From positions 243 through 64,242 of the forward strand of contig JBJEWF010000004.1 of the NCBI GenBank assembly GCA_051884915.1: 64,000 nucleotides of DNA, in the 5' to 3' direction. Below are positions 9,500 through 20,299 of the stretch, piece by piece. The notes under the pieces were generated by a model. The model ran no database searches, was not told the DNA's origin, and worked only from the letters and a program-made list of their open reading frames with translations. The translations under genes were made by a program, and so were the position numbers. Source of the DNA: Kiritimatiellia bacterium. GTDB taxonomy: Bacteria > Verrucomicrobiota > Kiritimatiellia > RFP12 > UBA1067. The first letter of the stretch is position 1. The number at the start of each line of letters is the position of its first letter.

Positions 9500-11762
9500 C
9501 TACATGCGCCGGTGGCAGGTGCGCCTGATCACGTCCAGCTGCTGCTCGCGCGTGAGGTCGATGAACTTGACGGCGTAGCCGGACACGCGGATCGTGAAAT
9601 TCGCGTATTCGGGCTTCTCGGGATGCGCCATCGCGTCGAGGAGCTTTTCGGTGCCGAAGACGTTCACGTTGAGATGGTGCGCGCCCTGGGCGAAATAGCC
9701 GTCCATCACGTTGACGAGATTCGCGACGCGCTCCTCCTCGCTGTTGCCCAGTGCGGCGGGATGGATGGTCTGCGTGTTGGAGATGCCGTCGAGCGCGTAT
9801 TCGTAGGGAATCTTGGCAACGGAGTTGAGCGAGGCCAGGAGGCCGTTCTGCTCGGCGCCGTAGCTGGGATTCGCGCCCGGCGCCAGCGGCTCGCCGGCGG
9901 CACGGCCATCGGGCATCGCGCCCGTCGCCTTGCCGTAGACGACGTTCGAGGTGATGGTGAGAATCGACGTCGTCGGTTCCGCATTCCGGTAGATGTGGTG
10001 GCCGCGGATCTTCGCCAGGAACGAGACCAGCAGCTCCTGCGCGATGTCGTCCGCGCGGTCGTCGTCGTTGCCGTAGCGCGGGAAATCGCCCTCGACCCGG
10101 TAGTCGACGGCGAACCCCTCCGCGTCGCGGATCACGTGCACCTTCGCGTACTTGATGGCGCAGAGCGAATCCACCGCGTGCGAGAAGCCGGCGATGCCCG
10201 TCGCGAACGTGCGGCGCACGTTCGTGTCGATCAGCGCCATCTCGGCCGCCTCGTAGTAGTACTTGTCGTGCATGTAGTGGATCAGGTTCAGCGTGTGGAC
10301 GTACAGCCCCGCCAACCAGTCCATCATGGTGTGGTAGCGCTTCATCACCTCCGCGTAGTCGAGGACCTCCGACGTGATGCGGGGGAACTCCGGCGCCACC
10401 TGCACGTGCGTCGTCTCGTCCCGGCCGCCGTTGATGGCGTAGAGGAGGCATTTCGCGAGATTCGCGCGCGCGCCGAAATACTGCATCTCCTTGCCGGTCT
10501 GCGTGGCGGAGACGCAGCAGCAGATGGCGTAGTCGTCGCCCCAGACGTAGCGCATGATCCCGTCGTTCTCGTACTGGACGGACGACGTGTCGATCGAGAC
10601 CTTCGCCGCGTAGGCGCGGAAGGCCCGCGGCAGCCGGCGCGAATAGAGCACCGTCATGTTCGGCTCCGGCGAGGGCCCCATCGTCTCAAGCGTGTGGAGG
10701 ATGCGGTAGTCGTTCTTCGTGACCATCGAGCGCCCGTCCGTGCCGATTCCCGCCAGCGACAGCGTCGCCCAGACGGGATCGCCGCTGAAAAGCTCGTTGT
10801 AGCTGGGGATGCGGGCGAACTTCACCATGCGCAGCTTCATCACGAGATGGTCGATGAGCTCCTGCGCCGCCGTTTCGTCGAGGCGGCCCGCCGCGAGGTC
10901 GCGCGTGATGTAGATGTCGAGGAACGTGGAAATGCGCCCGATCGACATCGCCGCGCCGTTCTGCGTCTTGATGGCGGCGAGATAGCCGAAATAAGTCCAC
11001 TGGACGGCCTCGCGCGCGTCCTTCGCGGGCTGCGAGATGTCGAAGCCGTAGGACGCGGCCATCGCCTTCATGCCTTCGAGCGCCCGCACCTGCTCGGCCA
11101 CTTCCTCGCGGAGGCGGCAGACGTCTTCGGGCATGGACCCCATGCCGCAGTGCAGCATGTCGTCGCGCTTGATGGCGATCAGGCGGTCGACGCCGTAGAG
11201 CGCGATGCGGCGATAGTCGCCGACGATGCGCCCGCGCCCGTAGGTGTCGGGAAGGCCGGTGATGATGTGCGCCTTGCGGGCGGCGCGCATTTCGGGCGTG
11301 TACACGTCAAAGACGCCCTGGTTGTGCGTCTTGTGGTATTTCGTGAAGATCTCGTGGAGCCGCGGGCTGGGCGTGTAGCCGTAGGTCGTGCAGGCCTCCT
11401 CGGCCATGCGGATACCGCCGTAGGGCATGAACGCGCGCTTCAGGGGCTTGTCGGTCTGGAGGCCGACGACCTTCTCAAGCGCCTGGTCGAGATACCCCGG
11501 CGCGTGCGAGGTCAGGCCCGAGACGATCTCGGTGTCCATGTCGAGCACGCCGCCGCGGGCGCGCTCCTCCCGCTGGAGTTCCTGCAGCCGGCGCCAGAGC
11601 GCGTCCGTCGCCGGCGTCGCGGCCGCGAGGAACGACGCGTCCCCGTCGTAGGGCGTGTAGTTCAGGCGGATGAATTCGCGGACGTTGACGTCCGTCATCC
11701 AGCGGCCTTCGACAAAGCCCGCCCACGCGTCGGGACGGGCAGATGGCACAGCATCATTCATG
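9500..11762 (-). CDS. pflB: Formate C-acetyltransferase (pyruvate formate-lyase)
   Basis: N-terminus matches PflB ([34 protein letters not shown]). The C-terminal glycyl-radical motif is RVSGYAVKF...[12 protein letters not shown]. The start at 11762 (MNDAVPS) fits the expected ~754 aa. Confidence 0.9.
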
Positions 11763-11957
11763 TGGGCATCTCCTGATATGAACAATGCCCAGGCGAACGA
11801 CTTTCCCGGCCCAGGGCCGAATCCGCGGTTCATGTGGTAGACGCCACTCGCGGGCACGCGCCCGCTATCGCCAGTTCCGCAGACGCCCGCCATGATAGCA
11901 CAACCGCGCGGATCGGGGAAGAGGGAAAGCGCGGAAATCGTCGCCGCCCGCCGCCGG

Positions 11958-13871
11958 CTACCGCCGCCAGGGGAAGATCGTGATGCGCGTCTGCGTGCAG
12001 CCGAGCGGAAGCAGTTCAAGCGTCTCGTCCGCCTGCGGCGCCCGGATCGGCGACGGCGGCGGTTCGTTCATCAGCCCGCGCGCGTCGGGACGGAACGTGC
12101 CCCATTCCGCTTCGTCCGTGCGGCAGCCCTTCACCCGCAGGCGGACCGGCGCCGCCGCCACGTCGAACGGCTGCGCGGCGAGCGGCCGGCCGTCGTCCAC
12201 CACTTCCGCCGCGAACGGGCCGCGCAGGTCGAGCGCGACGTTGAAGGCGCCCCGGTGGTGGAGTTCGCGCGTGACGAAGCCCCCGCCGTAATCCGCCGTG
12301 ATCTTCTCCGTGTGCGGGACCGGCCAGCTGTAAAGCAGCGCGCCCCGGCGGACGACGGCCGCGTTGCGGTTCCAGCCCGTCTCGACGCGGGCTTCGGCCG
12401 CGAAGCGCAGTTCCACCTTCTCGCCCGGCTTCCACGCGCGGTCGATGCGGCGGAAGGTGCCGGCGTCCGCCTCCTGCGCCCAGCGCGGAATGCGCACGTA
12501 GAGCGGAAACGCGCCGCCGCCGCGCACGACTTCCAGCGTGATGCGGTCGCGGAACGGGTAGTCCGTCGTCTCCACGATCGTCACGTCCGGCGTCTCCAGC
12601 CGGCAGGGTCCGTACGCCACCGCCGCATAGCCGCCGTCGGCCGTCTTCATCCACATCGACTGGACGAACTTCGGCCAGCCGGCGTGGACGTTCGACCGGC
12701 AGCAGCCGAATCCCGCGTGCGGCCCCGGCACGAGGCTGTTGACCTTCTCGCCGTTGTTGGCGTAGTCCGTCTTCTCGTTCGTGCATTTGGGCTGGTTGAG
12801 CGCAAGGTAGTAGCGGAGGCCCTTCCCGTCGGGCGCCAGCGTCGCCGGCAGGCAGTTGTAGGCGACCGACTCCATGTCGTCGGCCGCCCGCGCATCGGCG
12901 AAGACCGCGATCTGGTCCGCGCACGAGATGATGCGCTCCACCTGGGCGCAGAGTTCCGTGCCGCCCGTCGTCTCGCGGTCGCGCAGCGGCTCCTCGCCGT
13001 TCTGCATGCCGTCGGGGCGCCCCGCGCAGAGCTGCGCCCAGCCGTCCGCGGCCGTCGCGGCGGCGTAGGCGGAGCGGTTCCGGTCGTCGTCGCCCAGGCC
13101 CAGCCGCCACAGGAGCGAGGGCGTCTTGAGTCCCTGGTTGAAGTTGACGATGTGCTGCTGATAGCTGCGGTTCGGCGCGCCGTCGTGGTAGTAGTCGGTC
13201 CAGGGCGCGGTCTGCGACGCCACGAGGCGCGCCGTCCGGACCAGGTCGCCCTTCTTCGTCGCGTCATAGGCGTCCAGCAGCACCTCGATCAGGTCGCCGC
13301 CGCGCGCCGGCGCCCACGGGCCGTCCTGCGTCAGCGGCGACGCCGGCAGGACGTTCCGCTGGAAATCCGCGTACGCCACGATGAAGTCGAGGCCGCGCGG
13401 TTCGCCGGAAATGAGGTACCAGTCGCGGACGATCGCGAGCGCCAGCATGTTCGCCCACCAGTTCGTGCGCCGCAGGGCGATGTCGCCAGTCGCCGTCTGC
13501 CAGCCGAACAGCGCCTCGACCCACCGTTTCGCCTTCGCCTTCAGGGCCGCGTCGTCCAGCTGCCAGGCCAGGGGGAGAAGCCCGCGCGCGTAGTACGGGC
13601 CGCGCTCCCAGTCGTACTGCTCGTTCTTCCCCTTCCGGTGCGTGAGCCAGGTCGAGTGGCCGATGTCGTCGTAGAGTTCCTCGGCGTGTCCCGCGAGCCC
13701 CGCCCCCTGCAGGCGCAGCTGCTCGCGCAGCCAGCCGTCGGGCTTCACGGCACCCGGCTTCAGCCGGATCATGCGCGCCGCCCGCGGCGGCGGGAGCGCA
13801 TCCGCCGCGAACGCCCCGGCGGCCATGGCCATAGCCGCCGCGCACAGCAGTCCCGTTTTCGTCATTTTCAC
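11958..13871 (-). CDS. Secreted glycoside hydrolase family 127-like (beta-L-arabinofuranosidase / DUF1680)
   Basis: Signal peptide [22 protein letters not shown]. Conserved Cys-rich core (CQVERIISC...[13 protein letters not shown]) typical of GH127. Confidence 0.7.
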   Translation of the reverse strand: MKMTKTGLLCAAAMAMAAGAFAADALPPPRAARMIRLKPGAVKPDGWLREQLRLQGAGLAGHAEELYDDIGHSTWLTHRKGKNEQYDWERGPYYARGLLPLAWQLDDAALKAKAKRWVEALFGWQTATGDIALRRTNWWANMLALAIVRDWYLISGEPRGLDFIVAYADFQRNVLPASPLTQDGPWAPARGGDLIEVLLDAYDATKKGDLVRTARLVASQTAPWTDYYHDGAPNRSYQQHIVNFNQGLKTPSLLWRLGLGDDDRNRSAYAAATAADGWAQLCAGRPDGMQNGEEPLRDRETTGGTELCAQVERIISCADQIAVFADARAADDMESVAYNCLPATLAPDGKGLRYYLALNQPKCTNEKTDYANNGEKVNSLVPGPHAGFGCCRSNVHAGWPKFVQSMWMKTADGGYAAVAYGPCRLETPDVTIVETTDYPFRDRITLEVVRGGGAFPLYVRIPRWAQEADAGTFRRIDRAWKPGEKVELRFAAEARVETGWNRNAAVVRRGALLYSWPVPHTEKITADYGGGFVTRELHHRGAFNVALDLRGPFAAEVVDDGRPLAAQPFDVAAAPVRLRVKGCRTDEAEWGTFRPDARGLMNEPPPSPIRAPQADETLELLPLGCTQTRITIFPWRR

Positions 13872-13950
13872 GCGAATCCTCCTTCTTCCGGACGCGGCAG
13901 GGCAACTTGCGCCGTTTGCCGCCGGCGCCCGCCGGCCGGTCCGGCCGCGC

Positions 13951-16626
13951 TCAACGGATGTCGATGGGACCGAGCAGACCGGCGGACTGGAGCGGATCCG
14001 CCGTCGTGTAGCCGGAATAGACGGTCGGGCGGATCTTCCAGGCCGGGCCGCCGGCCGGCGGCTTGCGTTCGCCCTTCCAGTAGTGGAGGTTCGACCTGGT
14101 CACGCGCGCGGCCTCGTCGAGGAAGCAGTCGCCCACGAGGCGGTTGTACCAGTTGTTGACGTAGCGGATTTCGAGCTCGTTGGCGCCCGCGCGCACGGCA
14201 GGGGCGATTTCGGCCTCCCACGGCGCGCACCACACGGTTCCGCAATCGGTCCCGTTCACGTAGACGCGGGCCAGGCCCGTCGGGACCTTGCCGAGGGAGA
14301 GCGTGAGCGACGCGGGCTTGTCGGCCGCGAAATCGAAGGTCGTCCGGTAGGTGGCGGTGCCGGCGAAATGCCGGAGGTCGTCGCGCGTGGAGAAGTCGAC
14401 CAGCTCGTCCAGCTTCACGGGCGCGGGCGCGGCGGCCTTGACGTACTTGTGGTAGGCGAACGACACCGTCCACGGCCCCGCCACGCGCAGGTTCAGCGGA
14501 GGGCGTTTCGCCGGTTCGGGCGCCAGCCCGTCGGGCGTCGTCTGCCGGAACACCACGAAACGGCTGCCGCCGACCGGCAGATCGAGCGCGAGCCGGGTGC
14601 GTCCGTCCGCCTGCGGCACGGCCTTCGCCGCGACGCGCGTGGCCGTCACGGCGTCCCAGATCTCGACCGCCGGCGCCGCCGCGCGGAAAACGAGATCCGC
14701 CGCGCCCTCGCCGGCGATGAAGTAGACGTCGTCCTGCCCGAGGCGGCGGTGGCACCAGGTGAAGTCGGACGCCGTCTCGACGTCGGGCGGCAATCCCGCC
14801 ACGGGGACCGTTCCCGTGCGGTTCGCCGCCGGGCGCGCGTCGTAGACGACGCGATAGCGCTTCAGCAGGTCGGGATTCCGCCGGAGCGCGGCGTCGTTGA
14901 CGGTGTCGTAGGCGTAGCCGCGCGGAATCCGGACGGGCATCTCGTCCGACACGAGATTGCGGAAGCGGGTGTTCTTCTGCGTGCCCCAGTGCGTATAGGC
15001 GCGATCACCCGTCAGCACGGCGATGTCCGTCACGGGTTCGCCGGCCTGGAGGAGCGACTGGCAGCGCGCCAGATAGGTCACCATCGCGGGGAACTCGTCG
15101 TGCCAGGTCACGTTGCGGTTGATGTGCGACCCCGCGAAATACTCGATGCCCGGCGTGCCGTACTTCAGCGGCGACGACGTGTAGGTATGCCAGACGAGCA
15201 GATTGACGCCGTCGGCAAACGCCTGGTCGCCCAGCGGCTTGAGAAACGCCGGGTCGACCGACCAGTGGCGGTGCATGTGCGTGAAGGCCTCGACCGAGGC
15301 GATTCGCCGGTCGAAGACGTGCGCGGCGGAGACCACGCCCTTGGCGATGAAGCGCCCGTTCGCATTGGCGTGGCCGGCCGCCGGGGAGCGCCCGTTCTCC
15401 GCCACCGGCCAGAATTCGCCCTGCGGGAAGTCGTTGTGGAAGAGGAACTCCAGCATGTCGCATTCGCCGAACGTCTGCGGGTTGCGCTGCCAGGGGCCGC
15501 CCGACTCGGAAAACGCGCCCATCCCGTGCGCCTGCGCCCACGCCCGCACGGTGCCGTAGAGGTGTTCGCCCATCATCACGCCGCGCGCATGGCGGAAGTC
15601 GCGCATGACCGCGTCGGTCGGCTTCGCGGCCAGCTCGAAACCGGCCAACGCCGGCAGGAACGGCCGCACCGCGTATCCCTCGGCGGCCGCGAAGTCCTCC
15701 TCGAAGGTGGCGCTCCAGGTCGGCATCGCCCCTTCCCAGCTGACGTTGTACAGGTTGGCGAAGGTCTTGTCGCGGCCGACCAGGTCCGGCACGCGGGCGA
15801 TCAGCCGGCCGACGACGCGCTCCAGATGGCGGCACACCGCCGTGCGGTCGAGAACGTCGATGTCGACCTCCTGCCCCTTCAGCGTTCCGGCCCCGAAACG
15901 GACAATCGTCCACCCCTCCGTCAAGGCCGCGCCGTCGGCCGCCGACTTCAGTTCGCGCACCTCCAGCGCCCGGCGCGTGACGAATCCCGAACCGCCGTCC
16001 ACGCGCGTGCCGGAGGAGGCGGCCATCGTGTAGTAGCCGTCGCCCGCATGGGCCCAGTCGCTCCGCGCCGCCGCCTCGGCGGTCCTGACGGCGAACACGG
16101 CCACTTCGCGGTAGTGCGGAATCGCCGGCGTCTCGAAGGCGTCGCCCGGCAGATAGTTGCGGCACATCAGGAACTTGGGATTGTCCGCCCCGACGTCCAC
16201 GTCGCCGCGCAGATGGCCGCCCGAGGCCGCGATGTTGAGCGAGAACGTGAGCTTGTTGCGCGCCGCTTCGCGCACCGCATGGGCAAAGAGATCCAGCCAC
16301 GCGTCGCCGCCCCACTGCATCGTCGGCGGCGGCACGAGCAGATGCTCGTCGTCCACATGGTAGCCGCGGCTGTCCGTCACCAGCATCCCGCCGAAGCCGA
16401 GCCGCGCGATGTCGGCGAATTCCTCGGCAATCGTCTCGCGGTCCGTGAGCGTATTGGTGAGAAACCAGTAGCACCACGGTCGCGCCGCCAGCGGCGGATC
16501 GGCGAACCGGGAAAAACACGCGCCGGCGGCCGCCCCGGAAGCCGCGACCGCCGAAACCGCCAGAACGGGGAACAGCAGGACGGCTCCCCCCAACGCAAAT
16601 GCCAGTCTGTTCTTCATGGGAGGCAT
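13951..16626 (-). CDS. Large secreted glycoside hydrolase (GH106/alpha-L-rhamnosidase-like or related; family uncertain)
   Basis: Signal peptide, then the ARPWCYWFLTN...GFGGMLVTD opening typical of a group of uncharacterised GH TIM-barrel enzymes. About 890 aa. Confidence 0.55.
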   Translation of the reverse strand: MPPMKNRLAFALGGAVLLFPVLAVSAVAASGAAAGACFSRFADPPLAARPWCYWFLTNTLTDRETIAEEFADIARLGFGGMLVTDSRGYHVDDEHLLVPPPTMQWGGDAWLDLFAHAVREAARNKLTFSLNIAASGGHLRGDVDVGADNPKFLMCRNYLPGDAFETPAIPHYREVAVFAVRTAEAAARSDWAHAGDGYYTMAASSGTRVDGGSGFVTRRALEVRELKSAADGAALTEGWTIVRFGAGTLKGQEVDIDVLDRTAVCRHLERVVGRLIARVPDLVGRDKTFANLYNVSWEGAMPTWSATFEEDFAAAEGYAVRPFLPALAGFELAAKPTDAVMRDFRHARGVMMGEHLYGTVRAWAQAHGMGAFSESGGPWQRNPQTFGECDMLEFLFHNDFPQGEFWPVAENGRSPAAGHANANGRFIAKGVVSAAHVFDRRIASVEAFTHMHRHWSVDPAFLKPLGDQAFADGVNLLVWHTYTSSPLKYGTPGIEYFAGSHINRNVTWHDEFPAMVTYLARCQSLLQAGEPVTDIAVLTGDRAYTHWGTQKNTRFRNLVSDEMPVRIPRGYAYDTVNDAALRRNPDLLKRYRVVYDARPAANRTGTVPVAGLPPDVETASDFTWCHRRLGQDDVYFIAGEGAADLVFRAAAPAVEIWDAVTATRVAAKAVPQADGRTRLALDLPVGGSRFVVFRQTTPDGLAPEPAKRPPLNLRVAGPWTVSFAYHKYVKAAAPAPVKLDELVDFSTRDDLRHFAGTATYRTTFDFAADKPASLTLSLGKVPTGLARVYVNGTDCGTVWCAPWEAEIAPAVRAGANELEIRYVNNWYNRLVGDCFLDEAARVTRSNLHYWKGERKPPAGGPAWKIRPTVYSGYTTADPLQSAGLLGPIDIR

Positions 16627-16746
16627 TATAGTAAATCGACCGCGCTCCGGTCAATCGGGATCCGGCCGGCGGCGGGCCGTTTCCTTTCCGGAATCGGCGG
16701 ACGCGGGGAAACATCCGGCTAACAGAAATCTGCTATAATCTTCCGC

Positions 16747-17127
16747 ATGGAGAACACCGAAGAGCAAACCACCCTCGAACTGGCCGAGGAACGCCTCCGC
16801 CTCGAACGCGAAGCCATCGCGCTCGAACGCGAACGGCTGGCGACGGCCCGCGCCCATGCCGAGGCCGAGAACAAACTTGCCCGTTCGTCCAGACGGACGC
16901 CGTTCGCCGCCGCCTCCATCGTCCTGCTGGCCGCCCTCAGCTTCGTGGGCGGTCTGCTCACGGGACTGGCGATCATGGAAAACCGCCAGCAGCGCCAACG
17001 GGAAGAGCGGCTTGCGCGCGCCCTGTCCCAGCTGGACGACCTGGCCGGCGCGTCGTCGACCAACGCCCCCGCCGGCCAGCAGGCCGGCAACGCCCATCCG
17101 AACGTCGCGGTCATGGTGATCCAATGA
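16747..17127 (+). CDS. Small membrane protein with N-terminal coiled coil, translationally coupled to the BatD-like gene
   Basis: 126 aa with one TM segment (IVLLAALSFVGGLLTGLAIM). Its stop overlaps the downstream start (ATGA). Confidence 0.5.
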   Translation: MENTEEQTTLELAEERLRLEREAIALERERLATARAHAEAENKLARSSRRTPFAAASIVLLAALSFVGGLLTGLAIMENRQQRQREERLARALSQLDDLAGASSTNAPAGQQAGNAHPNVAVMVIQ

Positions 17128-19217
17128 CGGTTCGCGTGAAAGCCCTCGGGCTGCTGGTTCTCGCGGCCTTCCTGCCGGCGGCGGCGGAACAGGCGCCGGC
17201 GTTCGAAATCGTCGCCTCGTCGACCAATCTCGTCCTGACGGAACACGTCGCCGTCACGCTCCGGCTCCGTCTGCCCCCTCTGGCGCCCCCCCATGAGGAC
17301 CAGGCGCCGATTCTCAGCCAGCGCGCGCCCCATCTGGAGGCGGCGTTCCTGGAACAGGGCTGGGCGACGGCCGAACTGGTTCCCGTCGACGCCAGGCGTC
17401 TCTTCTCCGGATCCGCGGGCGAACGGCGGCGAAGCCCCGACGCCCCCGCGTTTTCGGTCAACGACTACATGGCGAACGACGTGTTCGCCTCGATGCCGGA
17501 CCCATTCGGCCTGTTCGACGACGACGCGTTCGGCCGGACGATGCTCGGCCCCAGGCTCCGGCTGTTCGCCTTCGACGTGGCGCGCGAATCCCGGAACGGC
17601 ACGAACGGCTGGCTCTTCACGGCCACGCTGGCGCCGTGGCGGGCCGTCGCCGCGGGAACGGTGAAGCCCTTGCGCGCCCGGTTCCGCGTTCCCCACGTCA
17701 CGGGCGTCAAAGCGGGCCACGACCGTTTCGGCCGGCCCGTCAACCAGGTCCGGATGGGCGAGATCGTCCTGGAGGCCCAGCTGCCGGAACTGGCCGTCAC
17801 GGCGCCGCCCGCGGCCACCCGTCCCGCGTCGTTCTGCGGCGCCATCGCCAGCAATTTCACGGTGCGGGCGACTCTGGACACCAACGTCTGCACCGCCGGC
17901 GACCCGCTCGTGCTCACGCTGGACGTCGCCGGCGCGACCGACGCCTCCATGGTCCATCCGCCCTCCTTCGCCGAGGCGCTGAAGGGTTCCGTCTTCCGGC
18001 TTGACGAATCCTCCGCGAAGACGGACACGTTCGCCGGCTTCCGGCGCTTCACCTGGCGCGTGCGGCCCACGAAAGCCGGAACGGTGGAGTTCCCCGCGCT
18101 GCCGGTCGCCTATTTCGACCTCGCGACGCGCGCCTACGCGACGTGCCGGACCGAGGCCATTCCCATCCAGGTCAAAGCGGGCGCCCAGGCCACGCTGGGC
18201 GCGCTCGGCGAGCTGGAGGACGATGCGGCGGCCCTGCCCCTGCCGGACGGGCTCGAACTGTCCGAAACGGGCGGCCGCACGCTTCCGCTTCTGCCCCGTC
18301 TGCGGCTGTCGGCCATCCTGTTTCTCGTCCCGCCCGCGTTCGTCCTGCTCCTGCGGCTGCTGCCCCCCGTCCGCCGCTATCTGGTCCGGCGGAACAACGC
18401 GCGCCGGACGGCCACGGCCTTCGCCCGCTGCCAGCGCGTGCTTCTCGGCGGGCGCGAAGACCGGAAGATTCCGGCCGTCCGCCGCTTCCTTGCCGTCCGC
18501 TACGGCGTCAACGGCGCCGCCGTGACGGCGGCCGACGCGGAGCGGCTCATGCGCCCCGACTATTCGCCCGAACAGCGCGCGCTCGTCGTCGACGCGCTCA
18601 CCGCCCAGGAGCGCACGGCGTTCTCGGCCCGCACGACCATTGCCGGACTGCTGCTGGCCCTCGCCCTTCTCCTGCCGGCGGCAACGGCCGCCGCGGACGC
18701 CGACTTCACCTACCGCCGCGCCGTTTCGCTCGCAACGCGCGCGGCGGCCGCGGCCGATTTCGAGAAGGCCGCCGCGGCCTACCGCGACTGCCTTGCCCGG
18801 GGCGCCGACACGCCCGCCCTCCTGGCGGACCTCGGCACGTGCGCCCTCATGGCGGGCCAGCCGCGGCTGGCTCTCGCCGCCTTCGGCTGCCTTGAACGCA
18901 GAACCGGCGAAACGGCGTCCTCCCGCCGCGGCATCCAGGCCGCGCGGGCGCGCCTCAGGAACGACCCGCGGGCCGATCTGCCGCTGAGCCGTTTCTTTGC
19001 CCGCCCCCACTACCTGTTCACGCTCGACGCCCGGCTGCTGGCCGCGGCCGCCGCCTGGGCGGTTCTCTGGTTTGCCGCGCTGCTGCCGCCCGGCCGCTGC
19101 CGGCGGATCCTGTTCGCGGCCGCCCTCGCCGTCTTTCTCGGCGCGGGGATCTCCGCCGCGACCTCCCTCGTCGAAGAACACGTGGAGAAAGGAATGCTCG
19201 TCCATGTCGCCCGCTAA
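17124..19217 (+). CDS. BatD-like (aerotolerance operon family) membrane protein with internal TM segments and TPR-like cytoplasmic region
   Basis: Signal peptide, large periplasmic N-domain, hydrophobic segments, and Ala-rich TPR-like helices, consistent with BatD architecture. The opposite-strand 901-aa ORF is low-complexity and rejected. Confidence 0.6.
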   Translation: MTVRVKALGLLVLAAFLPAAAEQAPAFEIVASSTNLVLTEHVAVTLRLRLPPLAPPHEDQAPILSQRAPHLEAAFLEQGWATAELVPVDARRLFSGSAGERRRSPDAPAFSVNDYMANDVFASMPDPFGLFDDDAFGRTMLGPRLRLFAFDVARESRNGTNGWLFTATLAPWRAVAAGTVKPLRARFRVPHVTGVKAGHDRFGRPVNQVRMGEIVLEAQLPELAVTAPPAATRPASFCGAIASNFTVRATLDTNVCTAGDPLVLTLDVAGATDASMVHPPSFAEALKGSVFRLDESSAKTDTFAGFRRFTWRVRPTKAGTVEFPALPVAYFDLATRAYATCRTEAIPIQVKAGAQATLGALGELEDDAAALPLPDGLELSETGGRTLPLLPRLRLSAILFLVPPAFVLLLRLLPPVRRYLVRRNNARRTATAFARCQRVLLGGREDRKIPAVRRFLAVRYGVNGAAVTAADAERLMRPDYSPEQRALVVDALTAQERTAFSARTTIAGLLLALALLLPAATAAADADFTYRRAVSLATRAAAAADFEKAAAAYRDCLARGADTPALLADLGTCALMAGQPRLALAAFGCLERRTGETASSRRGIQAARARLRNDPRADLPLSRFFARPHYLFTLDARLLAAAAAWAVLWFAALLPPGRCRRILFAAALAVFLGAGISAATSLVEEHVEKGMLVHVAR

Positions 19218-20298
19218 AGCCCGGATCCTTCTCGCGGCGCTGGCCATCGTCCTGTCGGGGCGGCTTCCCGCCCAATGGCCCTTCGGGGGCTTCACCCGCA
19301 TGCCCCGCCAACAGGCGCCGCGGTCGAAAATCTCCGGACGCGCCGAACTGGCGCCGTCCCGCGTCTTCGCCGGCGAGCCGTGCGCCATCGTCATCGAACT
19401 GGCGCTCGACAAAGGCCTTGGCATCGAAGAGCTCCGGGTGAACGGCCTTCCCGACGCGGATTCGGGCGTCGTCTACGGCGAGGAAATCGAGAACCTTCCC
19501 GACACGCTCCTCCCCACGAATCGCGTGCTCAAGCGCTTCCGGCTTCCCGCGCGGTTCCTTTCGCCCCGCAACGAGGAAATCGCAATCGTCCTGCAGGGCA
19601 TGCAGGTCTCGCGCCGGCAGCAGGGCGGCATGAGCTTTTCGAGTTCATCCAGCTTCTCCGTGCGCCTCCCGCCGTTTTCCCTGGCCGTCCTGCCGCTGCC
19701 CGACGACCGGAAGCCCGCGGACTTCTCCGGCGCAATCGGCACGGGATTCCGGATGACGCAGACGCTGTCCGCCGACCACGTCCATCCGGGCGACCTGATC
19801 ACGGCGACGTATGAACTCGCCTACGACGGCCACTGCCCCTCCAATGCCTGGCCGCGGATCGAGCGCCTTTCGCGCGCGTTCAAGGCCTACGCGCCCAAGG
19901 AAGTCGCCCGCACGGACAAGTCCGTCACCTGGACGCAGATTCTCGTTCCCCAGACGACCGCCGCGACGAACACCCCGCTCGTCTCGCTGGACTTCTTCAA
20001 CGTGCGGACCAGGAGATACGAGGTCGCGCGGGCCAATCCGAAGACCCTCGTCTTCGTTTCGGACTCGGCCGCGCCGACCGAAAACACCGCCGTCGTCATC
20101 GCGACGGAGAAAAAGCCGGCCGCCGAAGAGCGCCCGGCGGCGGCTTCCGCGACCGGCCCGCTCGTCCTCCGGCTGGCGCCGTCCGAAAAGTCCCCCGTTC
20201 TCGCGACGCTCCCGCCGCACACGCCGGTTCGCGTGCTCGCCCAGATCCGGGGCTGGCGCCGGGTCGAGACGCCGCGGGCGATCGGCTGGACGCGCTAG
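19204..20298 (+). CDS. BatD/BatE-like protein with C-terminal SH3b-like domain
   Basis: Signal peptide MSPAKARILLAALAIVLSG. N-domain related to the upstream protein. C-terminal SH3b-like segment (VLRLAPSEKSPVLATLPPHTPVRVL...GWRRV). Confidence 0.5.
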   Translation: MSPAKARILLAALAIVLSGRLPAQWPFGGFTRMPRQQAPRSKISGRAELAPSRVFAGEPCAIVIELALDKGLGIEELRVNGLPDADSGVVYGEEIENLPDTLLPTNRVLKRFRLPARFLSPRNEEIAIVLQGMQVSRRQQGGMSFSSSSSFSVRLPPFSLAVLPLPDDRKPADFSGAIGTGFRMTQTLSADHVHPGDLITATYELAYDGHCPSNAWPRIERLSRAFKAYAPKEVARTDKSVTWTQILVPQTTAATNTPLVSLDFFNVRTRRYEVARANPKTLVFVSDSAAPTENTAVVIATEKKPAAEERPAAASATGPLVLRLAPSEKSPVLATLPPHTPVRVLAQIRGWRRVETPRAIGWTR

Positions 20299-20299
20299 C

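Noticed and set aside
16719-19424. 901-aa minus-strand ORF opposite the BatD-like gene
   Set aside because: The R/G/E-rich low-complexity translation has no signal peptide or domain. The plus-strand ORF has a signal peptide, TM segments and a coupled upstream gene.
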